Shown one piece after another: positions 37,225 through 50,242 of a DNA stretch of 51,206 nt (positions within the stretch are counted from its first letter, which is position 1; each line of letters opens with the position of its first letter). The DNA lies in assembly GCF_001194135.2 (NCBI RefSeq), contig NC_068991.1:44913869-44965074 (forward strand), given 5' to 3'. The notes beneath the pieces were generated by a model. It had not been told where the DNA came from. It was given only the letters and a program-made list of their open reading frames with translations, and did not search any database. Origin of the DNA: Octopus bimaculoides (taxonomy: Eukaryota). The translations under genes were made by a program, and so were the position numbers.

Positions 37225-37960
37225 TATTCGATTGGGCGAAATGTCCGTTCGGTTTTTTAAGCGAAAACAAGGCACAAATTTTAAGCACAAACGATTATTC
37301 AATCAATTTATTCAATGAATATATAGTTACCAATTTGTTCCAGTATCTCCTGCCACCGTGTGCGCGGATCCATTATTCTTTCCTCAAAGAATTTCCTATT
37401 TTTATCGGCGAAAAACACTTCCAGGTGAATTTTACATAACCTTAAGAATTGAAAGTCCGTTCATTCATTTAATTTTGAAGAGACTGAAACTTATGGAAAT
37501 CTGAAGGCGCGATGTCGAGCGAATATGGAGGGTATGATAAAATTCCCAGCAAGACCCTATAAATTCTGCTATGTCTAAAAAGAAGTGTGTGGACTGGCAT
37601 TATCGTGATTAAAGACAATGTCCTTACAATTCGCAAGTACCGAACGCGTCTAGTAGATTGCGGCGTTTAATTTGTCCAGCTGGTCGCAGTACACATCTGA
37701 ATTTATGCTCTTGTCCATGGTAAGAAACTCCAGTCTCACCAATTTGAAAGCATAACTTTCAGGCAAAGTCCTGCTTAGGAGGTTGTTTGCAGTGTTTCAC
37801 CCCGCTTCCCCCATAATCATTTGCATTTCACAATGTTATAGATGAACCATTTGTGGTCAGTCACTATTCTTTTTAAAAAGAATCGTTCTCTTCACGTTTC
37901 TGCATCGAATCGCAGATAGAAATCTGTTGGGCGAGGTTAGTCTCATTCAAGTGATGTCAA
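37225..37960 (-). mobile_element. Second mariner family, degenerate 3' half with terminal TIR
   Basis: TA|TATTCGATTGGGCGAAATGTCCGTTCGG terminus. The minus strand gives PPYSLDIAPSDFHKFQSLQN and FFADKNRKFFEERIM..RWQEI. Confidence 0.8.
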
Positions 37961-38439
37961 GTAATTAAATAAATATATTCAATTTCCATATCTCCTTACT
38001 TTTTTATAGTTTGTATACTCCTCACGAAATAGTTTCATCGATCGGATCTTCTGGAGTTCAGCTGCATGGACATTACATTACACTTCTCTGTATTGGATAA
38101 AGGTGGACTGCTCGCCGAGTCTGTAAGAGGAGCTTTCTGTGATAACCACATGATTCTCTGAATCTATATTTTATGATATAAACTTATATACAAATATAGA
38201 TATATGTTTTTAGTAATATTTAGCAAAAGCAACAGAGTGACTTAAGGGCCCAGAATTTCATGCATAAATATATACATATACTCATATTTTGAGTTCTCTT
38301 TTTCCTTTTTGCATCAATATACCTGATATAGATATATATACACATCCAAATGCCTATAAACCCCATGTATATTCCTTATAATGGTATATATAATTTATCA
38401 ATCTTTCAAAGTTAATAAAGAATTCTTTTGAAGGCAAAA

Positions 38440-38585
38440 ACTCCAATTTTGGTGTAAGTTGTACCGATCTCACTACCTAACTAGTAACTCATTTTAGCGA
38501 CACCGGATGGGTAAAAAGATATTTAAAGAGACCTCGGCAGAATTTGAACTCAGGGCATAAATGACTGTAAGCAAATATTGCAAGA
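38440..38585 (-). mobile_element. SINE family B, highly degenerate
   Basis: GACCTCGGCAGAATTTGAACTCAG core is recognisable. Confidence 0.5.
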
Positions 38586-38739
38586 AACTTTGTTTAACCT
38601 TCCTCACCCCACCCCACCCCATAAAAACGGTGTTTAACTTTTACTCCAAAAGTTAAAGAGAGAAATAAATTGCTTGGTGGAATCATCTTTTAATATTTTG
38701 ACGTGGTTGACAGTATAAAAAAATAAAAGGTAAAGCTCT

Positions 38740-38930
38740 TTCTCGAGTCATATCGACTTATATGGCCAGTTTCACGGATTTTTAAGGGCGTTGGGGGTGT
38801 TCACGGATACTCCCCATAGCTCAAACGGAACACCGGTCTGTTGCAGGTATACTCACTTTTACCAGTTGAGTGGACTGTAGAAACATGAAATGAGTCCAAC
38901 ACCCCAACCACTAAGTTATGCGACTCCACA
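38740..38930 (-). mobile_element. tRNA-derived SINE (family D-like), internally deleted
   Basis: The reverse complement begins GTGGAGTCGCATAACTTAGTGGTTGGGGTGTTGGACTCA (similar to the 13513 head), then CAGTCCACTCAACTGGTAAAAGTGAGTA. Confidence 0.55.
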
Positions 38931-39060
38931 TTGACAATATACCTTCTCCGAGTTCTCAGTATCCAACAAAACGTTTTTAAAATCCTGTTCTAGTTAAAAC
39001 GATATTAAAACTTAAAACAAGCATGCATACACACATGATGTGGCTATAGGCGCATTTATA

Positions 39061-39485
39061 TTGGGTTGGCAACTAAGTTCCCGCCGTTTATTTAAATTTT
39101 GGAATTTATTGCGTTTTTAAATTTTGGAATCTATTTTTTTCAAGAATTCTGTTTTTGAGTCATTTTGGAATCTATTTTTTTTTCTAGTTAATTTTAGTTA
39201 ACTCTTGTTTATTTTCAGATCATTAAAATGGAATATCAAGTTAAGAAAAACGAGCATTTTCAATACCTTCTTTTTGCTTTTAATCAAGGTTCTAAAGCCG
39301 CAAAAGCTGCTCACGACATTTGTGCTGTGTATGGAGAGGGTGCCATAGCTGAAAGAACCGCTCCTGATTGGTATGCCAAGTTCAAAAATGGAAAATTTGA
39401 CCTCAAAACGCACCTCGTTCTGACCGTCCAGTTAAGATCGATGAACAGCGATTAAACCAACTTTTGCACGAAAATTCTTGTCAAA
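39061..39485 (+). mobile_element. 5' fragment of the 11007-12303 mariner family
   Basis: Same TIR TATTGGGTTGGCAACTAAGTTCCC and leader; MEYQVKKNEHF...WYAKFKNGKFDLK. Breaks off at 39485. Confidence 0.95.
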
Positions 39486-40590
39486 TGGATATCTGAAGTG
39501 GGGTGAAGATGAAATAAAGGAGTTGGACAGGAAGACAAGAAAGCTTCTAACAATGCATGGGACCTATCATCCACGTGCAGACACAGATCGCCTATACATG
39601 AAGATAGAAAATGGATGAAGGGGAGTGACTAGTGTGGAAGGTTGCTTACATATCGAACTTTGGAGCTTACTGAGATACCTATCCCAAAGTAAGGAAACTT
39701 TGCTAGTGTCAGTTAGGAACGAGGACGTTTTGAAAGCAGAGAAAAAGGGAAAACAAATCAACAAGTACAAAAAGTATATGAAGAAGCACTATGCAACAAA
39801 GAACTACACACTCAATTGTATGTAGTCACAACTAAAATTGTTGATAAACATAGGAAGGACTGGCTGAGGAAAGGAAGACTGAAAAAAAGAGACTGAGAGC
39901 ACTATACTGGTAGAGCAAGACCAAGCTTTGGCCACAAATTGGAGGGTCAACTTTAGGAATGAGCAAGTGTCTCCACTGCGCCGAATTTGTAACAGAGTTG
40001 ACGAAACCATTGACCATATCGTGAACGAATGCTCTAGACTTGCCTCAAACCATTATAAGCTGTGACGACACAATGTGGTATGAAAAGTGGGAGACAGAGA
40101 GAGAGACAAGACCTGATATGAGCGCAAACCGCAAAGAGTGACAGAATCGGAGGCCTGCAAAATCGTGTGAGATTTCTCCAATCCAAACAGATCATTTGCT
40201 AGAGCACTATAAGCGAGACCAAGTGGTGGTGGACAAGATGAACCACATGTTCTATATAATTGATTTTGCGTGCCCCTTTGATCGACGACTAGTTAAGAAG
40301 GAAGGCGAATAAAATAGACATATATAATTCTCTTAAATGATGAAGGTAAAGATAGTGCCAGTTATTGCTGAGTCCTTGGCGACAACATCAAAAAGCATCA
40401 AAAGGAATATAAAGGAAATCAAAATAGAGTTCCCCATACAACTGCTTCCTTGGCACGGCCAGAATCATAAGGAAATATTAGATAGTTGAAAAGAACAGCT
40501 CACATGATACAGCGTGCTGCAGGTAGCAAGCCTGCTAAGCATGCAAGACTCCTGGAGTTCCAACAAAACCTGAGTTAGAAAAATAATAAC
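39486..40590 (+). mobile_element. R4/Dong-clade LINE, 5'-truncated, with CCHC knuckle and restriction-like endonuclease remnant
   Basis: KWGEDEIKELDRKTRKLLTMHGTYHPRADTDRLY; CNRVDETIDHIVNEC; IQTDH..EH.KRDQVVVDK...IIDFACPFD; LGTARII. Short TAA-rich end. Confidence 0.9.
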
Positions 40591-40594
40591 GCTT

Positions 40595-40805
40595 CTATTA
40601 CAAGCACAAAATAATAAATTCAAAAGTAGGGGACTAGTCCATTACATCACCCCCAGTACTTCATTGGTATTTATTTTATCGACACCGAAATGATGAAAGG
40701 CAAAGTCGACCTCGGTGGAATTTGAGCTCATAACGTTAAGATGGACGAAATGGCAGCTAAGCATTTTGCCCGGCGTCCAAATGAATCTGCTAGCTCACTG
40801 CCTTA
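40595..40805 (-). mobile_element. SINE family B
   Basis: GATGAAAGGCAAAGTCGACCTCGGTGGAATTTGAGCTC...GCTAGCTCACTGCCTTAA. Confidence 0.85.
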
Positions 40806-42097
40806 ATTATGATAACAATATTAATAATATTCAAAATAATAATAATAACATTCATAATAATAAATTGCTGTGTTTACTGCTAAGAGATTCGAATGCTTCA
40901 CCTAAGCTAAGATCTCAGAACAAAACCCGGAGGGTGTACAAACTGACAAGTTACCTCACTTTGTGTCTGAAGTAGGCAACCTTAGCTATTCGGTCAGAGC
41001 ATTTCATGAATTTATAAAAACCAACTTGAAAAATAACCTTCGTTTTTGTACATATTTAACGGTGATAGTAATAACAAGGACAAATACTACTGTGCTACTC
41101 GCATTATTACAAAACAACAGCAGCAGCATCACCACTACTTCTACCCTTACCACCACCACCACTACCACCACCACCACCACCACCACCNNNNNNNNNNNNN
41201 NNNNNNNNNNNNNNNNNNNNNNNNNNNNNNNNNNNNNNNNNNNNNNNNNNNNNNNNNNNNNNNNNNNNNNNNNNNNNNNNNNNNNNNNNNNNNNNNNNNN
41301 NNNNNNNNNNNNNNNNNNNNCTTCCGATCTACCAACAACAACAACAACAACAAAAATGGTAACGGCAACAACGCTAAAAACAAATTATGTGTGCCACATG
41401 CTTGCTTGAAATTTGTTGCTCCTGTAAGCTGTTTCATTAATCGGAAGCTTCTCCAACCATTAAAAATATCTGGCGCCATTCATACAGTGTCTGTGCATGG
41501 GCGCCATTTTTGTATACGTGTTTGCATGTGTACTTTTCTCAAATCGATTTTTTTACTATTGGTTATTACTTTCCTAACTGCATTGTTTATTGAATACTAC
41601 GTGCAAACGTCATTATTCCCTCTGCTTCTATTGGTGCCATTCTGTCAATATGATTTTTACCATTTTAAGTCGACTTTGTCCTGAGAACGTCTCTTCAGTT
41701 CAACATTTATATATCACACTTGTTTTCTTGATCACTCATACGTCACTTGATTTTCGATGTTGCTGTTGTTATTATACTTATGAATTCTTACATTTTTTTA
41801 TTGGTTTCAGTCATAAGAATTTCGCTCCCCTTTTGAGGGTTATAATTAACTACACCATCATCACCGATGCTTATTTCAGTCTGTCATTTTATCGATCTTT
41901 ATTTATTGAACTGTGAAGTTACACTTTTTGGCACAACGCCAATTTTACACCCGTAAGATTTTAAAAAACACTAATCCGAATATAGGGATACACATATACA
42001 AATGTATGCACGAAAGCACACGCTCATTTATGCACACAAACACATACACACACGCGTATTATGTACACACACACACACATATACACACATCCAAGCA

Positions 42098-42160
<63 letters not shown>

Positions 42161-43296
42161 ACACATATAAATGCATATTTAATGAGGTGTCTATACTTTT
42201 TTAAAACGCTCCTGCCGATTTGAACGTGAGTTTGCTATTCGCAGATGAGTTTCACCTTTGGAGAACAACTTTCTCTGTAGACCATGTCTGTTGATAACAC
42301 AAAATTCAGTGACTTAACGGACTCTGAATAAAGGTTTTTGTCCTGACTTTGCCCCTTCAGTCAGAGATATAACATGGAACTCCGATTCTATGCAAGAGCG
42401 GTCGTTCTTATTTATAGAATTCAGCAAACAAAACATTTGCTGATGCGTGCTGATGTCTGCCAAGAATAACAGTAAGACAATAAAATGTATACCGTGAACA
42501 ACTACACTAAAGACTGGAAATCCTTGTTGCTAAAGACAGTTATTCGAAGAGATTTTCGAAAAACGTTTCAGGTAGAGATGCGTATTCCAAAATTTGGTGA
42601 TTGTTAAGAATTACGGCCTAATTTACAAACACTGTGGTTTACTTGAAATACTGAAAGGAAATCATGATTTAAAATTTTCCCCTGACTCTTATACATCATT
42701 ACATCTTATGTTCTTAATTAAACACTTCAAAGTTACCTAAATGCTTTTATCTTGTAACTGACATTCTTTAAAAATGAAAATATTCCTGATCTGATACTTC
42801 AAAATATTCGCAACTCGGAATAAAATGTTTATTTCAATTTGTTCTCGCTTCGTAAGACACGTGTTTGCAAAATGAAAATATTTTCTTGTTTAGGTAAAAA
42901 AAAAACAAAAAAACAGCAAGCAATATTTAAAGAGACTTTATGTTCTTTATACATTGCACATCTTCAGAAATTATGACATGACACTCCAAATTTACTCAAA
43001 ATTCTTTCAAGTTGGCAGAAATAAATATTTTAAAAAATACAGACAGTAAGTACAAATCACAATGAATACTATCCAACATCCAATTTGTTTGAAGAAGGAT
43101 GAAAGCCACGTTGAAGCATTCAGCACAGACAATAGAGACAATTTTTTTATGGAGATATTCACAAATTGGAATTACTAAGTATTTTACCATAATAATTTTA
43201 AACTGGAAGGTCCTATAATTTTCACTACATGCAATACAGCTACATTTTAATTACCCGTTTCTCCGTTATCTCTCTGTCTATCTATCTATTTGTCTG

Positions 43297-43351
<55 letters not shown>

Positions 43352-44149
43352 GGCTGTCTGTCTGTCTGTCTATCCGTATGTNNNNNNNNNNTAATTATAC
43401 ATATATATCACACACACACACACACATACACACACACACACACGCACACGCCCCCCCCCACAAACACACACATATGTATATATGAATGTACGTGTGTGTG
43501 TGTACGCGTGTGTGTCTCTTATATGTTTATTAAAATAAAGATATATTAAAGCCAGTGTAAACACCATCTGATATAGAACCGATCACAGGTAGATATTTTG
43601 CATTGTAAATGTACATGCGTCAGATGTGTTTCTCTTCCCATTAAAAGAAAAAAAATTCTCTCATTTTCTTTCTTCAGCTTTTCTGAATTCTATTTCCTGT
43701 TATGATCTTAGCGAACTATTTGTATATTTTCTTTTCTCTCAATCTCTACGACGGTTTATCTCAAAATTTCAATTTAAATATCTTAAATACATTTTGTGTG
43801 TCCTATGATACTATGTGACCATGGAAAATATATATATATATATATATATANNNNNNNNNNNNNNNNNNNNNNNNNNNNNNNNNNNNNNNNNNNNNNNNNN
43901 NNNNNNNNNNNNNNNNNNNNNNNNNNNNNNNNNNNNNNNNNNNNNNNNNNNNNNNNNNNNNNNNNNNNNNNNNNNNNNNNNNNNGTGGGATATAGAATAT
44001 GGAATATATGATATAAATAGTAAAATGAAATGAAGTATTGAATGTCTTATTGAATATATGAAATATTGAGTATTAAATATATATAGGGGCTAATATACTT
44101 TCCTGTTTCATAGCAGTCATCAAATATATATATATATATATATATATAG

Positions 44150-44915
44150 ACCCCCAGAGGATCAGTGAAATACTGAATGTGCAATACAAGAGTGCTTTCA
44201 CCACTCCACTCCACAACAAAATGGCAATTATTGACAGCATCAACATAGAGGAAACTGATGTGATATCAGCCTTTGATGAGATGAGCTCAAACTCAGCAAC
44301 AGGCCCTGATGGATTCCCAGAAATCCTCCTAAAGAAATACAAAAGCGCTCTAGCTGGACTACTTCAGATTCTCTCCAAGAGCTTCCTCACAACAGGAAGA
44401 CTTCCCAGAAAGTGAAGGAAGGCATTATATGCCCTATCCAGAAGGGAGGTAGCAGAGCAGATGCTAAGAACTATATACCTGTCTCTCTAACTTCCTATGT
44501 CAGCAAAATCATAGGGCGCATTGCCAGGAAGAAACTAATTGCGTTCCTTGAAAATAATGACTTGCTTCCTGACACCCAGCATGGCTTTTCGCTCAGGCAG
44601 AAGCTGCCTTACACAGCTTTTGCAACACTATAACTGGGTGTTGAAACAATTAATGAGTCGCTCAGGTGTAGATGTGATATATCTTGACTTTGCAAAGGCT
44701 GATGATGGGATGATATGTCACAAACTACGGAAACTCGACATAACTGGGAAAATTGGATAGTGGTTGCATGACTTCTTAAAAGACAGAAGCCAGGCTGTAG
44801 CAGCCGAGGGAGCCCTCTCCACGGAGATATTAATAGAAAGTGGAGTGCATCACTGAACTGTATTGAGTCCACTACTGCTCATGAAGCTCTTTCAGACATG
44901 TCATCAGTTATACAA
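44150..44915 (+). mobile_element. CR1-group LINE, reverse transcriptase N-terminal fragment
   Basis: SATGPDGFPEILLK, IICPIQKGGSRADAKNY.PVSLTS, QHGFRSGRSCLTQLL and DVIYLDFAKA; breaks off before the YADD motif. Confidence 0.92.
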
Positions 44916-45545
44916 ATAGCACCTGTTGGCTCTGAAACCACATTGGCTTTCTGGGAGATGATTTTCGGCAATGGACAGAACAAGTCTGTTGAGGAGTAGA
45001 CTTGATAGAACTTTTTCTGCAGTGGAAAGCAGACTGATCCCCCGGTAGTTTGAGCTGCCTGACATTCCCCTTTGTTTTTGTAAAGTGTAATGATGACAGC
45101 ATTGCGGAGATCTGATGGAAGCTTGCCCTGTTCCCAGCGTGCAACGAGGAGCTCATGGAGCTTAGCATGTATGACAGAAACTCTATGCTTCGATATCTCT
45201 GATGGTATGCCATCGACTCCTATTGACTTTCTGCTCTTCAGCCAGCCTATGGCAACTGTGGTCTCTTCCAGGGCTGGAGGCTCATTTTTCTTGGAGAACT
45301 CGGTTTGTACTGAAGGGAGCCTGAAAGTATTCAGACCAGCGGTTGAGGATGGATGCTGTGACTGTGAGAAACGTCTGGGCATCTGAACAGCGCAGGGGAC
45401 TCCGGACTTGATGTGCTGGACCGTTGACTGCACCATGACGCAATTCACTCTGCCATAAATTCGGAAACGGCATGCTGTACTGTTTGGCATTCGTGCCGGA
45501 AGCTCCAATATGAACATCATTTCAGAGTATTTGGGTGTCAATTTG
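44916..45545 (-). mobile_element. RTE (BovB-like) LINE internal fragment
   Basis: ILNRWSEYFQ, EPPALEET..AI..LKS.K..GVDGIPSEI, WEQGKLPSDLRNAVIITLYKNKG, NYRG and PESQCGF patterns. Confidence 0.92.
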
Positions 45546-45584
45546 AGGACAGAGGATTGACACCAGAGGATGACAGAGGATTAG

Positions 45585-46390
45585 CATAGAGTTGGACGAG
45601 TTTAATGGTGATTACGAAGGTACGACAACTCAGAAAACTCACTCTGATCATTCTGATAAGAAAAGAACTCCTGAATTTATTGGTGAGATTCAGGACATGA
45701 TTGACAGTGGTCCATCCAACTCAATCAGGTCCATCGCTAGGAACATGGGAGTGTCTGAGTTTTTGTCAGGCATGTAGTACATGACGACATTCGTTATTCC
45801 TCATACAAGATGAGAAAGGGCCAATTTGTATCCCAAGCCATCAAAGTCAAAAGGAAAGCCCGCACAGCCCCAGACTTAACACGGATACCTACATCAAGTG
45901 CCTGAAGGAGGTAGTGCTGTGCTGGGTCAAGTGGGTGGCTGCTAGAAGACCCTGTCTGGCAACAGGACTCTGCACCATGCAACACAGGCAGGTGAACCCA
46001 GTCATGGCAGTCAGAAAAATTTTGCGACCACATGAGCTCTAACATCTGGCTATCTAACTCTCCAGACTGCAAACCCCTTCATTATTATGTCTGGAACGCA
46101 ATTGAGCAAGAGACCACCAAAACTCCTTGTAACACTAAAGATGAAATGAATCAAAGATTATGGCAGCATTGACCAACTTAAACAAGGAGACCGTCCAGAA
46201 GAGTTGCAAAAGATTCCGAAGTCGTCTTGAAGCCGTGGTTCAAACCAATGGCGATTTTATTGAATAAATTTACTCTTTAGTATTTCAAGATGTTCTTATG
46301 TAATTTTGGTAATATATATCTGTGAAAATGAGATGTCGGTGTTATTTTCATTTTTGCGCAAATTAGATGACAATTTATTCACTGCACCCT
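45585..46390 (+). mobile_element. maT/DD37D transposon, second copy, internally deleted
   Basis: KKRTPEFIGEIQDMID..SIRSIAR; VWQQDSAPC...NSPDCKPLHYYVW with 37 residues between the catalytic positions. Ends TTAGATGACAATTTATTCACTGCACCCT, the complement of the 25141 terminus. Confidence 0.9.
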
Positions 46391-46838
46391 CTCTCTCTTT
46401 CCCTCTCTTTCTCTCTCTCGCCCTCTCTCTCTCTCCCTCTCTCTCTCTCTCNNNNNNNNNNNNNNNNNNNNNNNNNNNNNNNNNNNNNNNNNNNNNNNNN
46501 NNNNNNNNNNNNNNNNNNNNNNNNNNNNNNNNNNNNNNNNNNNNNNNNNNNNNNNNNNNNNNNNNNNNNNNNNNNNNNNNNNNNNNNNNNNNNNNNNNNN
46601 NNNNNNNNNNNNNNNNNNNNNNNNNNNNNNNNNNNNNNNNNNNNNNNNNNNNNNNNNNNNNNNNNNNNNNNNNNNNNNNNNNNNNNNNNNNNNNNNNNNN
46701 NNNNNNNNNNNNNNNNNNNNNNNNNNNNNNNNNNNNNNNNNNNNNNNNNNNNNNNNNNNNNNNNNNNNNNNNNNNNNNNNNNNNNNNNNNNNNNNNNNNN
46801 NNNNNNNNNNNNNNNNNNNNNNNNNNNNNNNNNNNNNN

Positions 46839-46879
<41 letters not shown>

Positions 46880-48158
46880 TGTGTTTTGTGTATATGTAAG
46901 TATGCGCACGCAAGCTTGTGTGGAATATGTCCAGATCGAGGATATAAATATGAACAGGTGTATTAAACAGAAGTCGACGATGAACAATAACTGCTACACT
47001 TAACCCTCCAAATAAATAATTGATAAAATAGATCCGTGTATGTGTGTGTATTTGTGTGTGTCACTGTTTTTATCCGTTTGCTCTCTCTGTCTCTGTGTTT
47101 ACCCTCGATCTCACATCGTTTTCCCCTCTTTTCTTTTCATTCAATCTGTATATTTTTCTGCCTCTTATCTACTCTTCTAGTAATCTTGCTTCTCCTGTAC
47201 CCACTCACCATTCTTTCATTTGTTTTCCTCACATTCTCTGTATGTGTCCAACTTTATTTGGCTCACCTGGTAAGAAGCCAAGAGTGGATTTATTTTTGAA
47301 CAGTTCCACCTCCTCCGTCACTAAACTGTAGCAAATGGCTTTAGTATATTACAAACGAACACACGCAGAGAAATACGCAAACTCGCACGCATACAAACGC
47401 ACGTAAATATTTGTATGTATGTATGTATGTATGTATTTGTGTGTGTAGGTGTAGGCTGTATGTATTAAAAATAAGTTACATATAGTATAATTGTATACCA
47501 TCAAACTGGACAGGTGAAAGTTATGTGGCCAAAGGGACTCACGCGGAAATAGCTTCTCTGGGAAAAAAACATCCATGCATACACATGTCCTCGCCTTAGA
47601 AGTACAGACAACTTGTTGGAATCGAGCCTGAAATAGTAATTTTTAGTCACAAGGTCATACATATTGGATAGGGTGCGGTTACACCGTAATATTTATGCTC
47701 ACTTAAAGTGTATGTTCTATTAGAACAAACTATACTGCAGTAGTTACTACGAGAGGAACTCTCATATTAGATTTTTGGTACAAAATTTTCTCTTGTTTAT
47801 ATCGCTAGCGATGAGATGAATTCCAACTACCTCCATCGCCAGATCAAATACTGCAAAGCATTGTTTCCGACATTAAGGACTCTGTCAATCCATCACTCTC
47901 AACAGCGGCGTAACGAACACCAACAAAACTGATTCAGGGCTAGTCCAATAACGCCAGCGTTTGGATCCAAAACAATTTTGCTTTTTAAATGTCGCGGAAG
48001 CCATTTATTATTTTTACGGATAATGTTTCCTACCTATTAACGTTATCAAAATTAGTGCATCGCAGAGTGCGAGCTTAGTCATGTGGTTACTTCATGTTAG
48101 CGTCGAATTCTCGATGTACAACTTGCAGCCACTGACGCAATCTCACCCGTCGGCTCTT

Positions 48159-48372
48159 TAAGGCGGCAAGCTGGAAGAATCGTTAACGCGCCTGGCTAAA
48201 TGCTTAGCGGCATTTCGTCCGTCTTTACGTTCTGAGTTCAAATTCCGCCGAGGTTGACTTTGCCTTTCATCATTTCGGGTCGATAAAATAAGTATCAGTC
48301 GAACACTAGGGTCGATGTAATCGATTTACCCACTGTTCTGAAATTGCTGGCCTTGAGTCAAAATTTGAAGCG
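48159..48372 (+). mobile_element. SINE family B, full length
   Basis: TAAGGCGGCAAGCTGGAAGAATCG head, GTTCTGAGTTCAAATTCCGCCGAGG, core and tail all present. Confidence 0.9.
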
Positions 48373-48800
48373 AAAATTAGTACATCGCAGTTACGCTCAG
48401 GATATTGTTATATTCCCTGTTTCATGATATCAGCCGGAAATTGTTATCTAAAGGATTTCTTCTCAAAGCGATTTCAACAACCGACTTCCACATGTNNNNN
48501 NNNNNNNNNNNNNNNNNNNNNNNNNNNNNNNNNNNNNNNNNNNNNNNNNNNNNNNNNNNNNNNNNNNNNNNNNNNNNNNNNNNNNNNNNNNNNNNNNNNN
48601 NNNNNNNNNNNNNNNNNNNNNNNNNNNNNNNNNNNNNNNNNNNNNNNNNNNNNNNNNNNNNNNNNNNNNNNNNNNNNNNNNNNNNNNNNNNNNNNNNNNN
48701 NNNNNNNNNNNNNNNNNNNNNNNNNNNNNNNNNNNNNNNNNNNNNNNNNNNNNNNNNNNNNNNNNNNNNNNNNNNNNNNNNNNNNNNNNNNNNNNNNNNN

Positions 48801-49084
48801 AAACACCTAAAGCTCCACGGGGCTCCGGCAGGGGATGGTGGCGAACCCTGCTGTACTCTTTCACCACAACTTTCTCTCACTCTTACTTTCTGTTGTGCCT
48901 GTAATTCAAAGGGTCAGCCTTGTCGCACTGTGTCACGCTGAATCTCCCCGAGAACTACGTTAAGGGTACACGTGTCTGTGGAGTGCTCAGCCACTTGCAC
49001 GTTAATTTCACGAGCAGGCTGTTCCGTTGATCGGATGAACTGGAACCCTCGACGTCGTAAGCGACGGAGTGCCAACAACAACAA
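48801..49084 (+). mobile_element. SINE family A, 3' portion (head lies in N-gap)
   Basis: Aligns with 121-403 and ends CGTCGTAAGCGACG-GAGTGC(CAA)n. Confidence 0.9.
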
Positions 49085-50189
49085 CCGTTATGTTTAATAT
49101 TCAACTTGAAATTTTTGATGGTCAAACGTTGAAGTGGGATGCTCATAATCCGGGACTGGTTTCTGGAATGATGTGTATCTGAAAATAAAATAATGGGAAA
49201 GCGATTTGTGAGTGTTTTACACAGCGCAAAAGATAAATGAAAACTAAAAAACAAGGCAAGTTTAATTATAATCAACCATTTTTATTCATTCAAGCATTTA
49301 GTTATTTCGACCAACTTTATCACACAGCATTACTGCACATTTATGTTGCTATCTAGACCCCGATACAGCAAAATTATGATGAAAGGCGCTCCAGCCATGT
49401 CAATACCATATTTTTTTCAGATACAGTGCATCTCATAGTATATTAATCAATGTCTCCATACTTATTAAAATCGTCACACTGTGATTTCAAGGAAATTTAG
49501 CTGCTACATTTCGCAAACTGAGATCGAAGAATGATGAAAAGCTTGAATCAACCTTCAATAAAAATTGAACACAGAAATTAGAAGGATAAAAGTAAATAGC
49601 TGCAAGTGCATTTTGTTCACAAGCCCTCTCCTACTTTTTTTTTACTCTACATTGCCGCTTCCATCATGAATAGTTAACGATCAACAGAAAATAGTTGTTG
49701 TAATAAAGTAAAGTATATTTTACATTGTTAATCAAACGGCATAACTTCAATTTTAAACTGCCATGGACTATTAAAGATTTAAGTGAGCTTAATGCCATAT
49801 TAACTTTTACTGGTCTAGGTACCCGTGAACTTAGATTGATGCAATAAAAGCTGCCCGAATTTGTTGCTAGTAGTAGTAGTAGTTATTGTTGTCGTCATCA
49901 CTGTTGTGACTGCTGCTACTGAGCCTGTTGGTAATGCTGTTTTCATTACTGCTGTTGTCATCATTCATGCCTTTGTTTTATCTCTTTCTATTGTTATTAC
50001 TGCCTTCTTGGAGGAGGTTAAGTTATAATTGTAGGTGAGCAACATTTTCTTTGACATCTCTACATCAATATATCACTTTTTAATTAGTCATTTTATCATT
50101 TTGTTTTCTTTTTGTTGTTTTCCAGCCTGTCCGTTTCCTTCTCTTTTCTTCGTTGCTATCATTTATTCCTCTTTCTCTACGTTGGTCAC

Positions 50190-50242
<53 letters not shown>

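Noticed and set aside
43012-43045. LAEINILKNTD, resembling kinase subdomain III, before a GTAAGT donor
   Set aside because: Only 11 residues, a weak acceptor, and no other kinase motifs.
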